From Candidatus Arthromitus sp. SFB-rat-Yit (GTDB taxonomy: Bacteria; Bacillota; Clostridia; Clostridiales; Clostridiaceae): a DNA stretch of 32,000 nt. The stretch is taken from positions 475,497 to 507,496 of the forward strand of contig NC_016012.1 in assembly GCF_000283555.1 (NCBI RefSeq). Reading direction: 5' to 3'. Position 1 is the stretch's first letter, and every line of letters starts with the position of its first letter. The notes under the pieces were generated by a model that had not been told where the DNA came from, did not search any database, and saw only the letters and a program-made list of their open reading frames with translations. This document shows, in pieces, positions 8,226-17,455 of the stretch. A program made the position numbers and the translations under genes.

Positions 8226-9572
8226 ATGTTAAAAAATAAAATTAAGAAAATATTATCAGTTGTAGCTTTAGGAGCATTAATAACAGTTGGAGCAGGAAGT
8301 GTAAAATCAATGGCAGTTAATACGCAACAAAATACAGCAGCAGTTGTTGCAGAAGATTATTCATATAGTAATTATGGATATGAAGATCTTATACAAGAGA
8401 TGTTGGATGAAGGATATATAGATCAAAATAGAGCTACTACTCTTAGAAGTGGTATTAATTCTGAAAATGGACAAATTGAAATAGATAAAACGTATGATTT
8501 ATATTTAGTTGATTTAGATGTAAAAGAGGGATATTACAGCAAAGAAGCTGGAGAAATTTATAAAAGAGTGATAGAAGCAGAATATGCAGGAAATTATGAT
8601 TTAGCTGATCAAATATATGACGAGCTTATTGTACAGTTAGATAAAGAAGGAGTAACAGCAGACGAAGATTTAGCAGGGTACTATAGTGAACTTGTAAGTG
8701 AAATGAAAGATGCTGGATATATAGATCAAGATAGAGCTAATACTTTCACAAATGATATTAATTCTGAAAATGTACAATTTGAAATAGAGAAAGCTTATTA
8801 TTTATATTTAATTGATTTAGATGTAAAAGAAGGGTATTACAGTAAAGAAGCTGGGGAAATGCATAAAAGATTGATAGAAGCAGAATACGCGGGAAATTAT
8901 GATTTAGCTGATCAAATATATGATGAGTTTATGGCACAGTTAGAGAAAGAAGGAGTAACAGTAAATGAAGATCTATCAGGGTACTATAGTGAGATTATAA
9001 GCGAAATGAAAGATGCTGGATATATAGATCAAAATAAAGCTAATACTTTTACAAATGATATTAATTCTGAAAATGTACAACTTGAAATAGATAAAATGTA
9101 TGATTTATATTTAATTGATTTAGATGTAAAAGAAGGATATTACAGTAAAGAAGCAGGAGAAATTTATAAAAGAGTGATAGAAGCAGAATATGCAGGAAAT
9201 TATGATTTAGCTGATCAAATATACGACGAGCTTATGGTACAGTTAAACAAAGAAGGAGTAACAGCAGACGAAGATTTAGCAGGGTACTATAGTGAACTTA
9301 TAAGTGAAATGAAAGATGCTGGATATATAGATCAAAATAAAGTTAATACTTTTACAAATGATATTAATTCTGAAAATGTACAACTTGAAATAGATAAAGC
9401 GTATGATTTATATTTAATCGATTTAGATGTAAAAGAGGGATATTACAGTAAAGAAGCTGCAGAAATAGAGAAGAGGTTAGTAGAAGCAGAATACGCAGGA
9501 AATTATGATTTAGCTGATCAAATATATGACGAGCTTATGGTACAGTTAGAGAAAGAAGGATTATTCCAATAG
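8226..9572 (+). CDS. Secreted acidic/tyrosine-rich tandem-repeat protein of unknown function
   Basis: Signal peptide MLKNKIKKILSVVALGALITVGAGSVKSMA followed by four ~101-aa repeats. ATG 8226 is preferred over ATG 8217 because AGGAG (8212-8216) is correctly spaced for it. Confidence 0.85.
   Translation: MLKNKIKKILSVVALGALITVGAGSVKSMAVNTQQNTAAVVAEDYSYSNYGYEDLIQEMLDEGYIDQNRATTLRSGINSENGQIEIDKTYDLYLVDLDVKEGYYSKEAGEIYKRVIEAEYAGNYDLADQIYDELIVQLDKEGVTADEDLAGYYSELVSEMKDAGYIDQDRANTFTNDINSENVQFEIEKAYYLYLIDLDVKEGYYSKEAGEMHKRLIEAEYAGNYDLADQIYDEFMAQLEKEGVTVNEDLSGYYSEIISEMKDAGYIDQNKANTFTNDINSENVQLEIDKMYDLYLIDLDVKEGYYSKEAGEIYKRVIEAEYAGNYDLADQIYDELMVQLNKEGVTADEDLAGYYSELISEMKDAGYIDQNKVNTFTNDINSENVQLEIDKAYDLYLIDLDVKEGYYSKEAAEIEKRLVEAEYAGNYDLADQIYDELMVQLEKEGLFQ
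8379..9569 (+). repeat. Four tandem 303-bp (101-aa) repeats, last one slightly shortened
   Basis: Units start at 8379, 8682, 8985 and 9288 (exact 303-nt spacing). Core: EMKDAGYIDQNxANTFTNDINSENVQxEIDKxYDLYLIDLDVKEGYYSKEAGEIYKRVIEAEYAGNYDLADQIYDELMVQLxKEGVT. Confidence 0.97.
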
Positions 9573-9616
9573 ATTAATTTAGGAAATTTATCTATTGAAA
9601 GGTAAATAAATTAATT

Positions 9617-9649
9617 AAAGAAAGCTTTGTTTCAAAGCTTTCTTTTTTT
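9617..9649. terminator. Bidirectional intrinsic terminator
   Basis: AAAGAAAGCTTT (9617-9628), loop GTTTC, AAAGCTTTCTTT (9634-9645), T tract. Lies between convergent genes. Confidence 0.88.
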
Positions 9650-9878
9650 ATGTGAGAGCATCACGTACATAAATGACGTCACAGTTTAAATGAGTAAATA
9701 AAGGTTCTATTGATGTTTTGAATTCTCCAAGTTCATAATTTAAAGATTGATTAAATAAAACTTGATTCGTTGTGTTGTTAACAACCAATAAAGTTCCATT
9801 TGTAATGTCGTATGTGATTTCCATCTGTGAATCATTGGACCTTATATAATTTAATAAATCGTTAATTGAATTAAACAT
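9648..9878 (-). CDS. Small conserved-looking hypothetical protein (76 aa)
   Basis: Reverse strand GGAGGTG SD correctly spaced before ATG (MFNSINDLLNYIRSNDSQMEITYDIT...). Flanked by a terminator at its 3' end. Confidence 0.6.
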   Translation of the reverse strand: MFNSINDLLNYIRSNDSQMEITYDITNGTLLVVNNTTNQVLFNQSLNYELGEFKTSIEPLFTHLNCDVIYVRDALT

Positions 9879-10001
9879 AATTACACCTCCTAAATTTATA
9901 AACACTTTAATTATTTCAAGTAAATTAGAAACTATTCAATATGTTTTTAAAATTATAGTTTATATGTTAGAATTGCAGTATGAATTTAATAGGAGGAGTG
10001 T

Positions 10002-11774
10002 ATGTTAGAACGGTGGATTTTGAGGAATAGAAATACTTTGGTTGAAGGATTAGAAACGCTTAAAATATCTAATAAAATTTTGAAAATACTTATAAATAGA
10101 GATTTTAAAAATTTTGATGACATTAAAAATTACATATATCCGAGTGAAGTTTTGTTGAATGATCCATTTAAATTAAAAGATTTTCAAAAGGCTATAGATA
10201 TTTTGATTTCATTAGTTGAGAGTGGAGATAGGTTAAGAATTGTTGGAGATTATGATGTTGATGGTATAAGTAGTGTTTACATATTGTATAGAACTTTTAA
10301 AAATATTGGGATTAATGTTGATTTTGTAATACCTGATAGAGTTAAAGATGGTTATGGAATAAATACAAGGATAGTTAGTGAAGCAAAGAATGATGGTATT
10401 AAATTTTTAATTACATGTGATAATGGAATTGCTGCTATTGATGTAATAAAATTTGCAAAAGAAAATGGATTTACGATAATTGTAACTGATCATCATGATA
10501 TTCAAATTGTTAATGGTGAGAATGGAAATTTTGAAAAGGTTTTGCCAGATGCTGATGTGATTTTGAATCCAAAGCAAGATGATTGTACATATGAGTTTAA
10601 AAAACTTTGTGGTGCGGGAGTTTGTTTTAAACTATGTTGTGAGTTATACAGGAAGTTTGGATTGGAAAATAAAATAAATGAGTTGATTGAAATAACTGCC
10701 ATTGCAACTATTTGTGATGTTGTAGATTTGGAAGGGGAAAATAGATTTTTAGCAAAGAAAGGTATTGAGTTATTGAGGACAACAAATAACATTGGGCTTA
10801 ATGCTATAATAGATGTAAATTCTATATCGAGAGAAAATATTTGTTCATATGATATAGGTTATGTGATTGGTCCGTGTTTAAATGCTTTGGGAAGACTTGA
10901 TAGCGGTATGAAAGGATTGGATATCCTTTTGTGTGATGATAAGGAGAAGGCTTATGAGCTTGCAAGTGAGATAAAAGATTTAAATGATAAAAGGAAGTCC
11001 ATGACCTTAGAGGGATTTGTTGAAAGTTTGAAAATAATTAAAGAGGAGAATTATCTTAATTCAAATGTGATTGTTATCTACAATGAAAATATTCACGAAA
11101 GCATAGCGGGTATAATTGCTGGAAGAATCAAAGAGAGATTTTATAAACCCACGATTGTTTTAACAAAAGGTGAGGGATGTTGTAAGGGATCGGCTAGGTC
11201 GATTGAAGGAATAAATATTTTTGATTTAATCTCTGAGAATCGAGATTTACTTGAGGCTTTTGGAGGACATCCTATGGCAGCAGGATTATCTATAAAAGAA
11301 GAGAATATAAATTTGTTTAGAGATAGATTAAATAAGTCGAGTAGAATTGATAAAGATAAATATATAAACACTGTATATATTGATATTTTTTGTCCAATTC
11401 AAGAAATAGATTATGATTTTGTTAAGGATTTAGATAAACTTGAGCCGTTTGGGAAATCAAATCTAAAACCAGTTATTGGCGATAAGCATTTGAGAGTGTA
11501 TTCTATCAAGAGAATTGGAAAAAACAAGAATTACATTTCTATTAAATTAATTTCTACAGATGATAAAATTTTTGATTTTGTATATTTTGGGGATGCTGAA
11601 GAATTTGATAAATCATTTAGTAATTCTTATTCAAGAGTTGAACTTGAGAGGTTGTATTCCGGAAAATGTAATATGAACAATCAATTTTTTATTGATGTTT
11701 TGTATGAAGTGAGTATAGATAATTATAATTTTAGTGAAATGATAAAGTATTTCTTATTAAAATATAGATTTTAA
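10002..11774 (+). CDS. recJ: Single-stranded-DNA-specific exonuclease RecJ
   Basis: DHH phosphoesterase motifs GDYDVDGIS, ITCDNGI and IVTDHHD; DHHA1 SARSIEG...EAFGGHPMAAG. Confidence 0.93.
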   Translation: MLERWILRNRNTLVEGLETLKISNKILKILINRDFKNFDDIKNYIYPSEVLLNDPFKLKDFQKAIDILISLVESGDRLRIVGDYDVDGISSVYILYRTFKNIGINVDFVIPDRVKDGYGINTRIVSEAKNDGIKFLITCDNGIAAIDVIKFAKENGFTIIVTDHHDIQIVNGENGNFEKVLPDADVILNPKQDDCTYEFKKLCGAGVCFKLCCELYRKFGLENKINELIEITAIATICDVVDLEGENRFLAKKGIELLRTTNNIGLNAIIDVNSISRENICSYDIGYVIGPCLNALGRLDSGMKGLDILLCDDKEKAYELASEIKDLNDKRKSMTLEGFVESLKIIKEENYLNSNVIVIYNENIHESIAGIIAGRIKERFYKPTIVLTKGEGCCKGSARSIEGINIFDLISENRDLLEAFGGHPMAAGLSIKEENINLFRDRLNKSSRIDKDKYINTVYIDIFCPIQEIDYDFVKDLDKLEPFGKSNLKPVIGDKHLRVYSIKRIGKNKNYISIKLISTDDKIFDFVYFGDAEEFDKSFSNSYSRVELERLYSGKCNMNNQFFIDVLYEVSIDNYNFSEMIKYFLLKYRF

Positions 11775-11785
11775 AGGTGATTACT

Positions 11786-13444
11786 ATGGAACTGAATGAA
11801 ATTGATATTATTAATTCATTTAATGATATTGTTTTAATTACTGATCTCAATAATATTATAAAATCTTATAATAAAAAGGCTTATGAATCATTTTCATTTG
11901 ATAAGGACTTTTTAAAAGGCAAAAGTATAACTGATTTTATTGATGCGTTTGAAATAGGTATACATGATGATGTTATAAGTGATGAGGATTTTCATTTTGT
12001 TAATAAAATATCGAAAAATATTTTAAACTATGATACAAGAACTGTTGTGTTTAAGAGGGTTTTCAAAAGAAAGGAACTATTTTTTAAACTTGGAATTTAT
12101 GAACACAAATTATATGGTAATGAAGTAGTGGGAAATATTTATATATTAACGGATATTACAGATATTTATATGGATTATAGAGATTTAAGTAAAAGTAATG
12201 AGTCGATGAGAAATTATATTATTGATATGAAGGGACTTATTGATATAAAGCATAGATTGAATAAAAAGAAACATAATCAGTTTATTCATATAAACAATAT
12301 AATTAACAATTTGCACGATGGAATTATAGTAGTAGACAATATGTTTTCTGAGATTTATTGCAATGATGTGTATAAGAATACTTTTGATTTTACAGCTAGA
12401 GAATTTTTATCTTTAAAATTTTTAGATAATTATAAGGTTGATGCTATTGGGAATACTACGATTGATATTAGGGAGTTTTTAAGGAATATTAAATTCAAAA
12501 ATGAAAAGAGAACAGGCCAATTCTTATTTAAGAATATTGAAAAAAATATTGAAAAATATTTTCAAATAACATTGAACACTATAGATTATCATGATAATTC
12601 TAAGCTCAAATATCATAATATTATTATATTTTCTGATATAACTCAAATTAAAACCCAAGAGTTATTAAAAGATGATTTTTTCAACATGGTATCTCATGAA
12701 TTAAGAACGCCGATTACTTTAATAAAATCATCTCTTCAAGCACTTGAAAATTTGTGTAGAGATGAAGTGACAATAGGAATGAAAAAATATTTAAATATGA
12801 TGAATAAAAATAGTTCAAGGTTGTTAAAACTTATTAATAATATTTTAGATTTATCAAAAGCGGAATCTGGTTATATGTTACCTATTATGAGTTATTTTGA
12901 TATAGTTATTATAACTGAAGACATAGTTACGTCAATAAATTTGCATGCCAATCACAAAAAAAATATAAAAGTTATATTTGAACCAAATGTTGAAGAAGAG
13001 TATTTGTATTTTGATAAAGAAATGTATGAGAAGATTTTATTAAATTTATTATCTAATGCAATTAAATTCACCCCAAACAATAAAATGGTGTATGTTAACC
13101 TGATTATAAATAGTGATAATTTTGTATTGAAAGTAAGAGATCAAGGAATTGGAATACCTAAAGATAAATTAAATGGAGTTTTTGATAAATTTAATCAGGT
13201 TAGTTCTGTTTTGAGTCGTGGTGCAGAGGGAAGTGGGATAGGTTTATCCATAGTAAAGAGATTTGTTGATATATTAGGGGGTAAAATTGTTATTAATAGT
13301 GATATTGGAATTGGAACGGAATTTATTTTAACGTTTAATAAAACTATTATTGATAATGATTTTGAGATGATTGAGGAAGATATATTGATAAATGATGATG
13401 TTAGTTCAAAAGTAGACATCCATTTTTCTGATATTTATTCTTAA
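11786..13444 (+). CDS. PAS-domain sensor histidine kinase, apparently cytoplasmic, no adjacent response regulator
   Basis: HisKA box MVSHELRTPITLIKSSLQAL; HATPase motifs LLNLLSNAIKFTP, VRDQGIGIP, GAEGSGIGLSIVKRFV, GIGTEFILTF. PAS-like N-terminus. ATG 11786 with AAAGGTG SD (track start is GTG 11777). Confidence 0.92.
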   Translation: MELNEIDIINSFNDIVLITDLNNIIKSYNKKAYESFSFDKDFLKGKSITDFIDAFEIGIHDDVISDEDFHFVNKISKNILNYDTRTVVFKRVFKRKELFFKLGIYEHKLYGNEVVGNIYILTDITDIYMDYRDLSKSNESMRNYIIDMKGLIDIKHRLNKKKHNQFIHINNIINNLHDGIIVVDNMFSEIYCNDVYKNTFDFTAREFLSLKFLDNYKVDAIGNTTIDIREFLRNIKFKNEKRTGQFLFKNIEKNIEKYFQITLNTIDYHDNSKLKYHNIIIFSDITQIKTQELLKDDFFNMVSHELRTPITLIKSSLQALENLCRDEVTIGMKKYLNMMNKNSSRLLKLINNILDLSKAESGYMLPIMSYFDIVIITEDIVTSINLHANHKKNIKVIFEPNVEEEYLYFDKEMYEKILLNLLSNAIKFTPNNKMVYVNLIINSDNFVLKVRDQGIGIPKDKLNGVFDKFNQVSSVLSRGAEGSGIGLSIVKRFVDILGGKIVINSDIGIGTEFILTFNKTIIDNDFEMIEEDILINDDVSSKVDIHFSDIYS

Positions 13445-13492
13445 ATTAAAGACTATATTAAAATTTATTTCAGTATAAAGAGGGCATTATAG

Positions 13493-14560
13493 ATGAATAA
13501 GAAAATTATATTAACTGGTGGTGGAACGGCAGGTCATGTTATTCCGAATATTGCAATAATACCTAAATTGAGAGAAATGGGATATGATATTGTTTATATT
13601 GGGAGTAGGACTGGGATAGAGAAGGAATTAATAGAATCACAAAAAATAAAATATTACGGTATAAGTACAGGTAAGCTTAGGCGTTATATTGATATTAATA
13701 ATATTAAGGATCCTTTTAGAGTTATTAGGGGTGTTTTTGAGGCAAGTAGTATAATTAAAAAAGAGAAGCCGAATATTGTATTTTCAAAGGGTGGATTTGT
13801 TGCTATCCCTGTAATATTGGGTGCATTTAGAAATAGAGTGCCTATAGTTTCTCATGAATCGGATATTACCCCAGGACTTGCAAATAAGATTGCTATGCCA
13901 TTTATAAAGAAAATATGTACAACCTTCCCAGAAACAGAGAGATATATTGGAAGTAAAAAAATCGAGTTAACGGGAACTCCAATACGAAAAGAATTGTTTC
14001 TCGGAAGTGAGATAAAAGGTAAAGAAATTTGTAAATTTAATAGTAATAAACCTATTATATTTGTAATGGGAGGTAGTCAAGGATCTGTTTTTATAAATAA
14101 TTTGATACGTAAGAATTTGGATAAACTTTTGGATAAATTTAATATAATTCATATTTGTGGTAAAAATAATTTGGATAATTCCTTGGAAAATAAGGATGGG
14201 TATATTCAAAATGAATATATTGGATATGAATTGCCACATTTATTGAAAATAAGTAATTTGATAATATCAAGAGCAGGATCAAATAGTATATATGAAATAC
14301 TTGCATTAAAAAAACCAAATATACTAATTCCATTATCAAAGCGAGCTAGTAGAGGGGATCAAATTTTAAATGCAAGGTCTTTTGCTGATAGAGGATTTAG
14401 TGAATTTATTGAAGAAGAAGATATAAAGAGTTTTGATGATTTGGGTAATCTTATAGATAAGGTTTACTCCAATAGAGAGAAATATATAAATAATATGAAT
14501 ATAAATTCTGACAATTCAATAGGAAATATAATTAATGTTATAGTTAAATATTCAAAATGA
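13493..14560 (+). CDS. murG: UDP-N-acetylglucosamine--N-acetylmuramyl-(pentapeptide) pyrophosphoryl-undecaprenol N-acetylglucosamine transferase
   Basis: KIILTGGGTAGHVIPN, VFSKGGFVAIPV, ESDITPGLANK, VMGGSQGS, ISRAGSNSIYEIL. Confidence 0.95.
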   Translation: MNKKIILTGGGTAGHVIPNIAIIPKLREMGYDIVYIGSRTGIEKELIESQKIKYYGISTGKLRRYIDINNIKDPFRVIRGVFEASSIIKKEKPNIVFSKGGFVAIPVILGAFRNRVPIVSHESDITPGLANKIAMPFIKKICTTFPETERYIGSKKIELTGTPIRKELFLGSEIKGKEICKFNSNKPIIFVMGGSQGSVFINNLIRKNLDKLLDKFNIIHICGKNNLDNSLENKDGYIQNEYIGYELPHLLKISNLIISRAGSNSIYEILALKKPNILIPLSKRASRGDQILNARSFADRGFSEFIEEEDIKSFDDLGNLIDKVYSNREKYINNMNINSDNSIGNIINVIVKYSK

Positions 14561-14597
14561 AAAAGGAGAATTCAATTTTAAGTTGAATTCTCCTTTT
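14561..14597. terminator. Bidirectional intrinsic terminator
   Basis: AAAAGGAGAATTCAA (14561-14575), 7-nt loop, TTGAATTCTCCTTTT (14583-14597): a perfect 15-bp stem starting right after the murG stop. Confidence 0.88.
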
Positions 14598-14600
14598 ATA

Positions 14601-15185
14601 TTAAAAATTTTTGTATATACCAGATGTTAGTATGTTTAGGAGTTTATCTGACACAATTATATTCCATTGGTTATTTTTCTTGGATAGTTTCACATCTAAG
14701 ATTACAGAAGATTTATATTTTGTGGATTCTAATGATTCAAGAAATTTTTCGTATTTATTTTGACCATCATTGTTTAGGAATGATGATTCATTTTTAAAAA
14801 AGTTTAATATGTGTTTTCCAAGATCAAAATATGTAAATCTTATTTTTAGAGTTGATGAGTTTAAAAATGTTTTTGAAGATAATATCTCATAATTTATATT
14901 AAACATTATGTTTCGTAGTTCAGTAATTATTTTTGATTTAGTCTCATTATCTAATTGATTTAATATATTATCAAATACATTGTTTATATCTGGTATTGAT
15001 ATATTTGATAAGTAGGTATTAGCTTGATTGATATCTTTTGATGTATATGAGTACATAAAATCTTTAAAGGCTATTTGACTGTTTTTAGATACTGATAAAG
15101 AAAAGTGGATAATAAGACCTAATGCTATAGAAATTAATATTACACAACATAGTTTTAATAATATATTTTTACCTATAATTTTCAC
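14601..15185 (-). CDS. Membrane-anchored protein of unknown function
   Basis: Hydrophobic N-terminal segment (LLKLCCVILISIALGLIIHFSLSV) and a long soluble domain. GTG start. Bounded by the convergent terminator. Confidence 0.6.
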   Translation of the reverse strand: MKIIGKNILLKLCCVILISIALGLIIHFSLSVSKNSQIAFKDFMYSYTSKDINQANTYLSNISIPDINNVFDNILNQLDNETKSKIITELRNIMFNINYEILSSKTFLNSSTLKIRFTYFDLGKHILNFFKNESSFLNNDGQNKYEKFLESLESTKYKSSVILDVKLSKKNNQWNIIVSDKLLNILTSGIYKNF

Positions 15186-15235
15186 GCTAGTCCGTCCTTT
15201 ATATTAGATTATTTTAGAAGTTTAAAGGTGATCTT

Positions 15236-16345
15236 ATGAAAAAGAATAACAAAAAATTAAAGAATTATACTGATAAAAAATTAATTAATTTAAGATTGTT
15301 ACAAATAAGGTTAATAAGTAGGCTGAACGCACCCGATTTAGAGTATAAAATCTATAACCTTCAACAATTAATTAAACTTCTTGAAGGAGATGAATTTTAT
15401 GATCCTACATTAGGTAGACAGTATTTGGAAGAAATAAAAAATAATAATTTTAATTGTATTGAGCAAATTAAAGAAAATAATTTGACATTGGATTTAAATT
15501 TTAAAAGTGATTTTAAGGAATTAATATATAACCTTAAGAAAATAATTTACGATGGAAATTACGAAAAAGCAATAGAACTTGGAAATAAAATAGGAGAAAT
15601 ATATCAAAAAAAGGATTTGATATGGTTTTTAATAGCTTTATGCCATGATTTAAATGGAGATAAAGAAGAGAGTATATTCTATTATAAACGATCCATACTT
15701 TTAAATGAATTTGAAGTTAAATATTATTATTATTTAGCAAATGTATATATAGACATAGGTGATTTAAAAAATGCTAATAAGTATATTTCATATGCTTTAA
15801 AGTTGGATTGTGAAAGTAGATATATACTTGAATCTCATGCATATATTTTGTTGCACAACAATCAGTATGATGCTGCAATTGGTATTTTTAAAGAATTTAT
15901 ATCTGATACGGATCAGTACAAAAATGTTAATAGAATAATTTCAATAATATATTTCCTGAAAGGTATCAATTATTCATATAAATCGAAGGATGGATATCTT
16001 TATAATATAGATAAGAACGATACATATAATGTTATTGCTTGTATAGACAAAGCTATGGAATTTGATAATAGCGATTTATATTTTAGAGGACATATTGAGA
16101 ATGCGAGAAATTCTTTAAAAATGTGTTTTGATTTAAAAAGAATATGGATTCTATTGATAACGAGTTTATTTTATATATTAAACATTCCATTTATTAAAGT
16201 TTTGGTTGTTATTATGTTGTTTGTGATATTCATATCAAGTTTTAAAATGGTTTGTGTGCTTGAACGATTTAAAATAACAAATGATGGAAGTAAAATTGAT
16301 AATTTTTGTGATAAAATAAATAGGATATTTTATTTTAAAAGATAG
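15236..16345 (+). CDS. TPR-repeat protein with C-terminal transmembrane segments
   Basis: TPR-like helical repeats (YYYYLANVYIDIGDLKNANKYISYALKLD; YILESHAYILLHNNQYDAAIGIFKEFI), then hydrophobic IWILLITSLFYILNIPFIKVLVVIMLFVIFI. Confidence 0.65.
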   Translation: MKKNNKKLKNYTDKKLINLRLLQIRLISRLNAPDLEYKIYNLQQLIKLLEGDEFYDPTLGRQYLEEIKNNNFNCIEQIKENNLTLDLNFKSDFKELIYNLKKIIYDGNYEKAIELGNKIGEIYQKKDLIWFLIALCHDLNGDKEESIFYYKRSILLNEFEVKYYYYLANVYIDIGDLKNANKYISYALKLDCESRYILESHAYILLHNNQYDAAIGIFKEFISDTDQYKNVNRIISIIYFLKGINYSYKSKDGYLYNIDKNDTYNVIACIDKAMEFDNSDLYFRGHIENARNSLKMCFDLKRIWILLITSLFYILNIPFIKVLVVIMLFVIFISSFKMVCVLERFKITNDGSKIDNFCDKINRIFYFKR

Positions 16346-16365
16346 TTGAAATTGGAGGTATCAAA

Positions 16366-16854
16366 TTGACTACATTGTACGAACATAATATATTGGGATC
16401 TAAGATTTCGATGATCAGTACTACTTTTAATATACCATTTCTTTTTGGAGAGGGTACGATATGTTTATATGAACAGGGAGTAACTTTTTCTGATGAAAAT
16501 GGAGATGAGAAATACATTATAGGTTTAGATGAACTAGTTATCTTTTATGAAACATTTGTTAATATTAGAAATTTAAAATACATCCCAAATGTAAAAATTT
16601 TTACATCTGGTGTTTCTTTTAAATTTAAAAATCTGAATAAAAGATTAAGGTATGTTAAAGGAAGTTATTATGGGAAAATGGTTATTAACATAGATAAAAT
16701 AGGTAAAATAGAACTTTTGGATAATCAATCGTTTAAATATAGAAAGTTTTATAATATTGTTAATGATTTAAAAAATGGAATTAGTCCTTTAAATAATTTA
16801 GAGAAACAGAAAGAAACTTTTTTATCAAAGTTATTTAAATATAAATTGTTTTAA
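16366..16854 (+). CDS. Hypothetical protein (162 aa), soluble beta-rich, TTG start
   Basis: Strong GGAGGT SD (around 16352) before TTG 16366. Compositionally coherent ORF ending at a terminator. Confidence 0.65.
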   Translation: MTTLYEHNILGSKISMISTTFNIPFLFGEGTICLYEQGVTFSDENGDEKYIIGLDELVIFYETFVNIRNLKYIPNVKIFTSGVSFKFKNLNKRLRYVKGSYYGKMVINIDKIGKIELLDNQSFKYRKFYNIVNDLKNGISPLNNLEKQKETFLSKLFKYKLF

Positions 16855-16889
16855 AAACTTTTGGCAATTATTTGCCAAAAGTTTTTTTT
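16853..16889. terminator. Bidirectional intrinsic terminator
   Basis: AAAAACTTTTGGCAA (16853-16867), loop TTAT, TTGCCAAAAGTTTTT (16872-16886), T tract. The 5' arm begins in the upstream stop codon. Confidence 0.88.
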
Positions 16890-16936
16890 ATAAAAATGAA
16901 TATTACTTTACATAATTTTAAAAAATATTAAGGAAT

Positions 16937-17323
16937 TTAATCGTTGAGTTCGAATGAGTACGTACCAACACCATTATCATATTTTAAATCTATGTAATAT
17001 GTTTTTTCGCTATTAGGGCTTAAGGTTATTTCTTGTTCTGATGGAGAGTTTATATTTAGGTATTCGTTATTATTTTCATCTACAATTGTTATTGATGTTT
17101 TACCTGTTCTAAGTTTTAGTGAAGTTTTTAAGGTGGATTCTTTTGAAATTGTAAATTTATAAGACTCATTTCCAGAAAATTTTGAAAAGTCTTGTGTTAT
17201 TTGTGAGTTTGGTTTGAGTTCACCTATTATTGTTCTCTTAGTTTTAGGAGCATTGGAACATGAAGTTAAAAATAAAGTGAGTGTTACAACAATTGTACCG
17301 AGTATTAAATATTTTGATCTCAT
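16937..17323 (-). CDS. Small lipoprotein of unknown function
   Basis: MRSKYLILGTIVVTLTLFLTSC has a clear lipobox (LTSC). SD AAAGGAG on the reverse strand. Confidence 0.75.
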   Translation of the reverse strand: MRSKYLILGTIVVTLTLFLTSCSNAPKTKRTIIGELKPNSQITQDFSKFSGNESYKFTISKESTLKTSLKLRTGKTSITIVDENNNEYLNINSPSEQEITLSPNSEKTYYIDLKYDNGVGTYSFELND

Positions 17324-17455
17324 AAATAAATTCTCCTTTTAATTGCTTTGGATTTAGTATTGCACAAAAATAGAAAAAATTTCAAATGATTTTATGATTT
17401 AACAATTATTTTAAGAATGTACGGATTAATTAAATCAAGAAAGGAAGGAATTAAG

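Noticed and set aside
8379-9569. CRISPR or mobile-element interpretation of the 303-bp repeats
   Set aside because: Units are contiguous, in frame and protein-coding with no spacers, no cas genes and no terminal inverted repeats. They are intragenic tandem repeats.
16335-16517. Minus-strand 60-aa ORF at the junction of two + genes
   Set aside because: Overlaps the strong SD and start of the 16366 gene; no support of its own.
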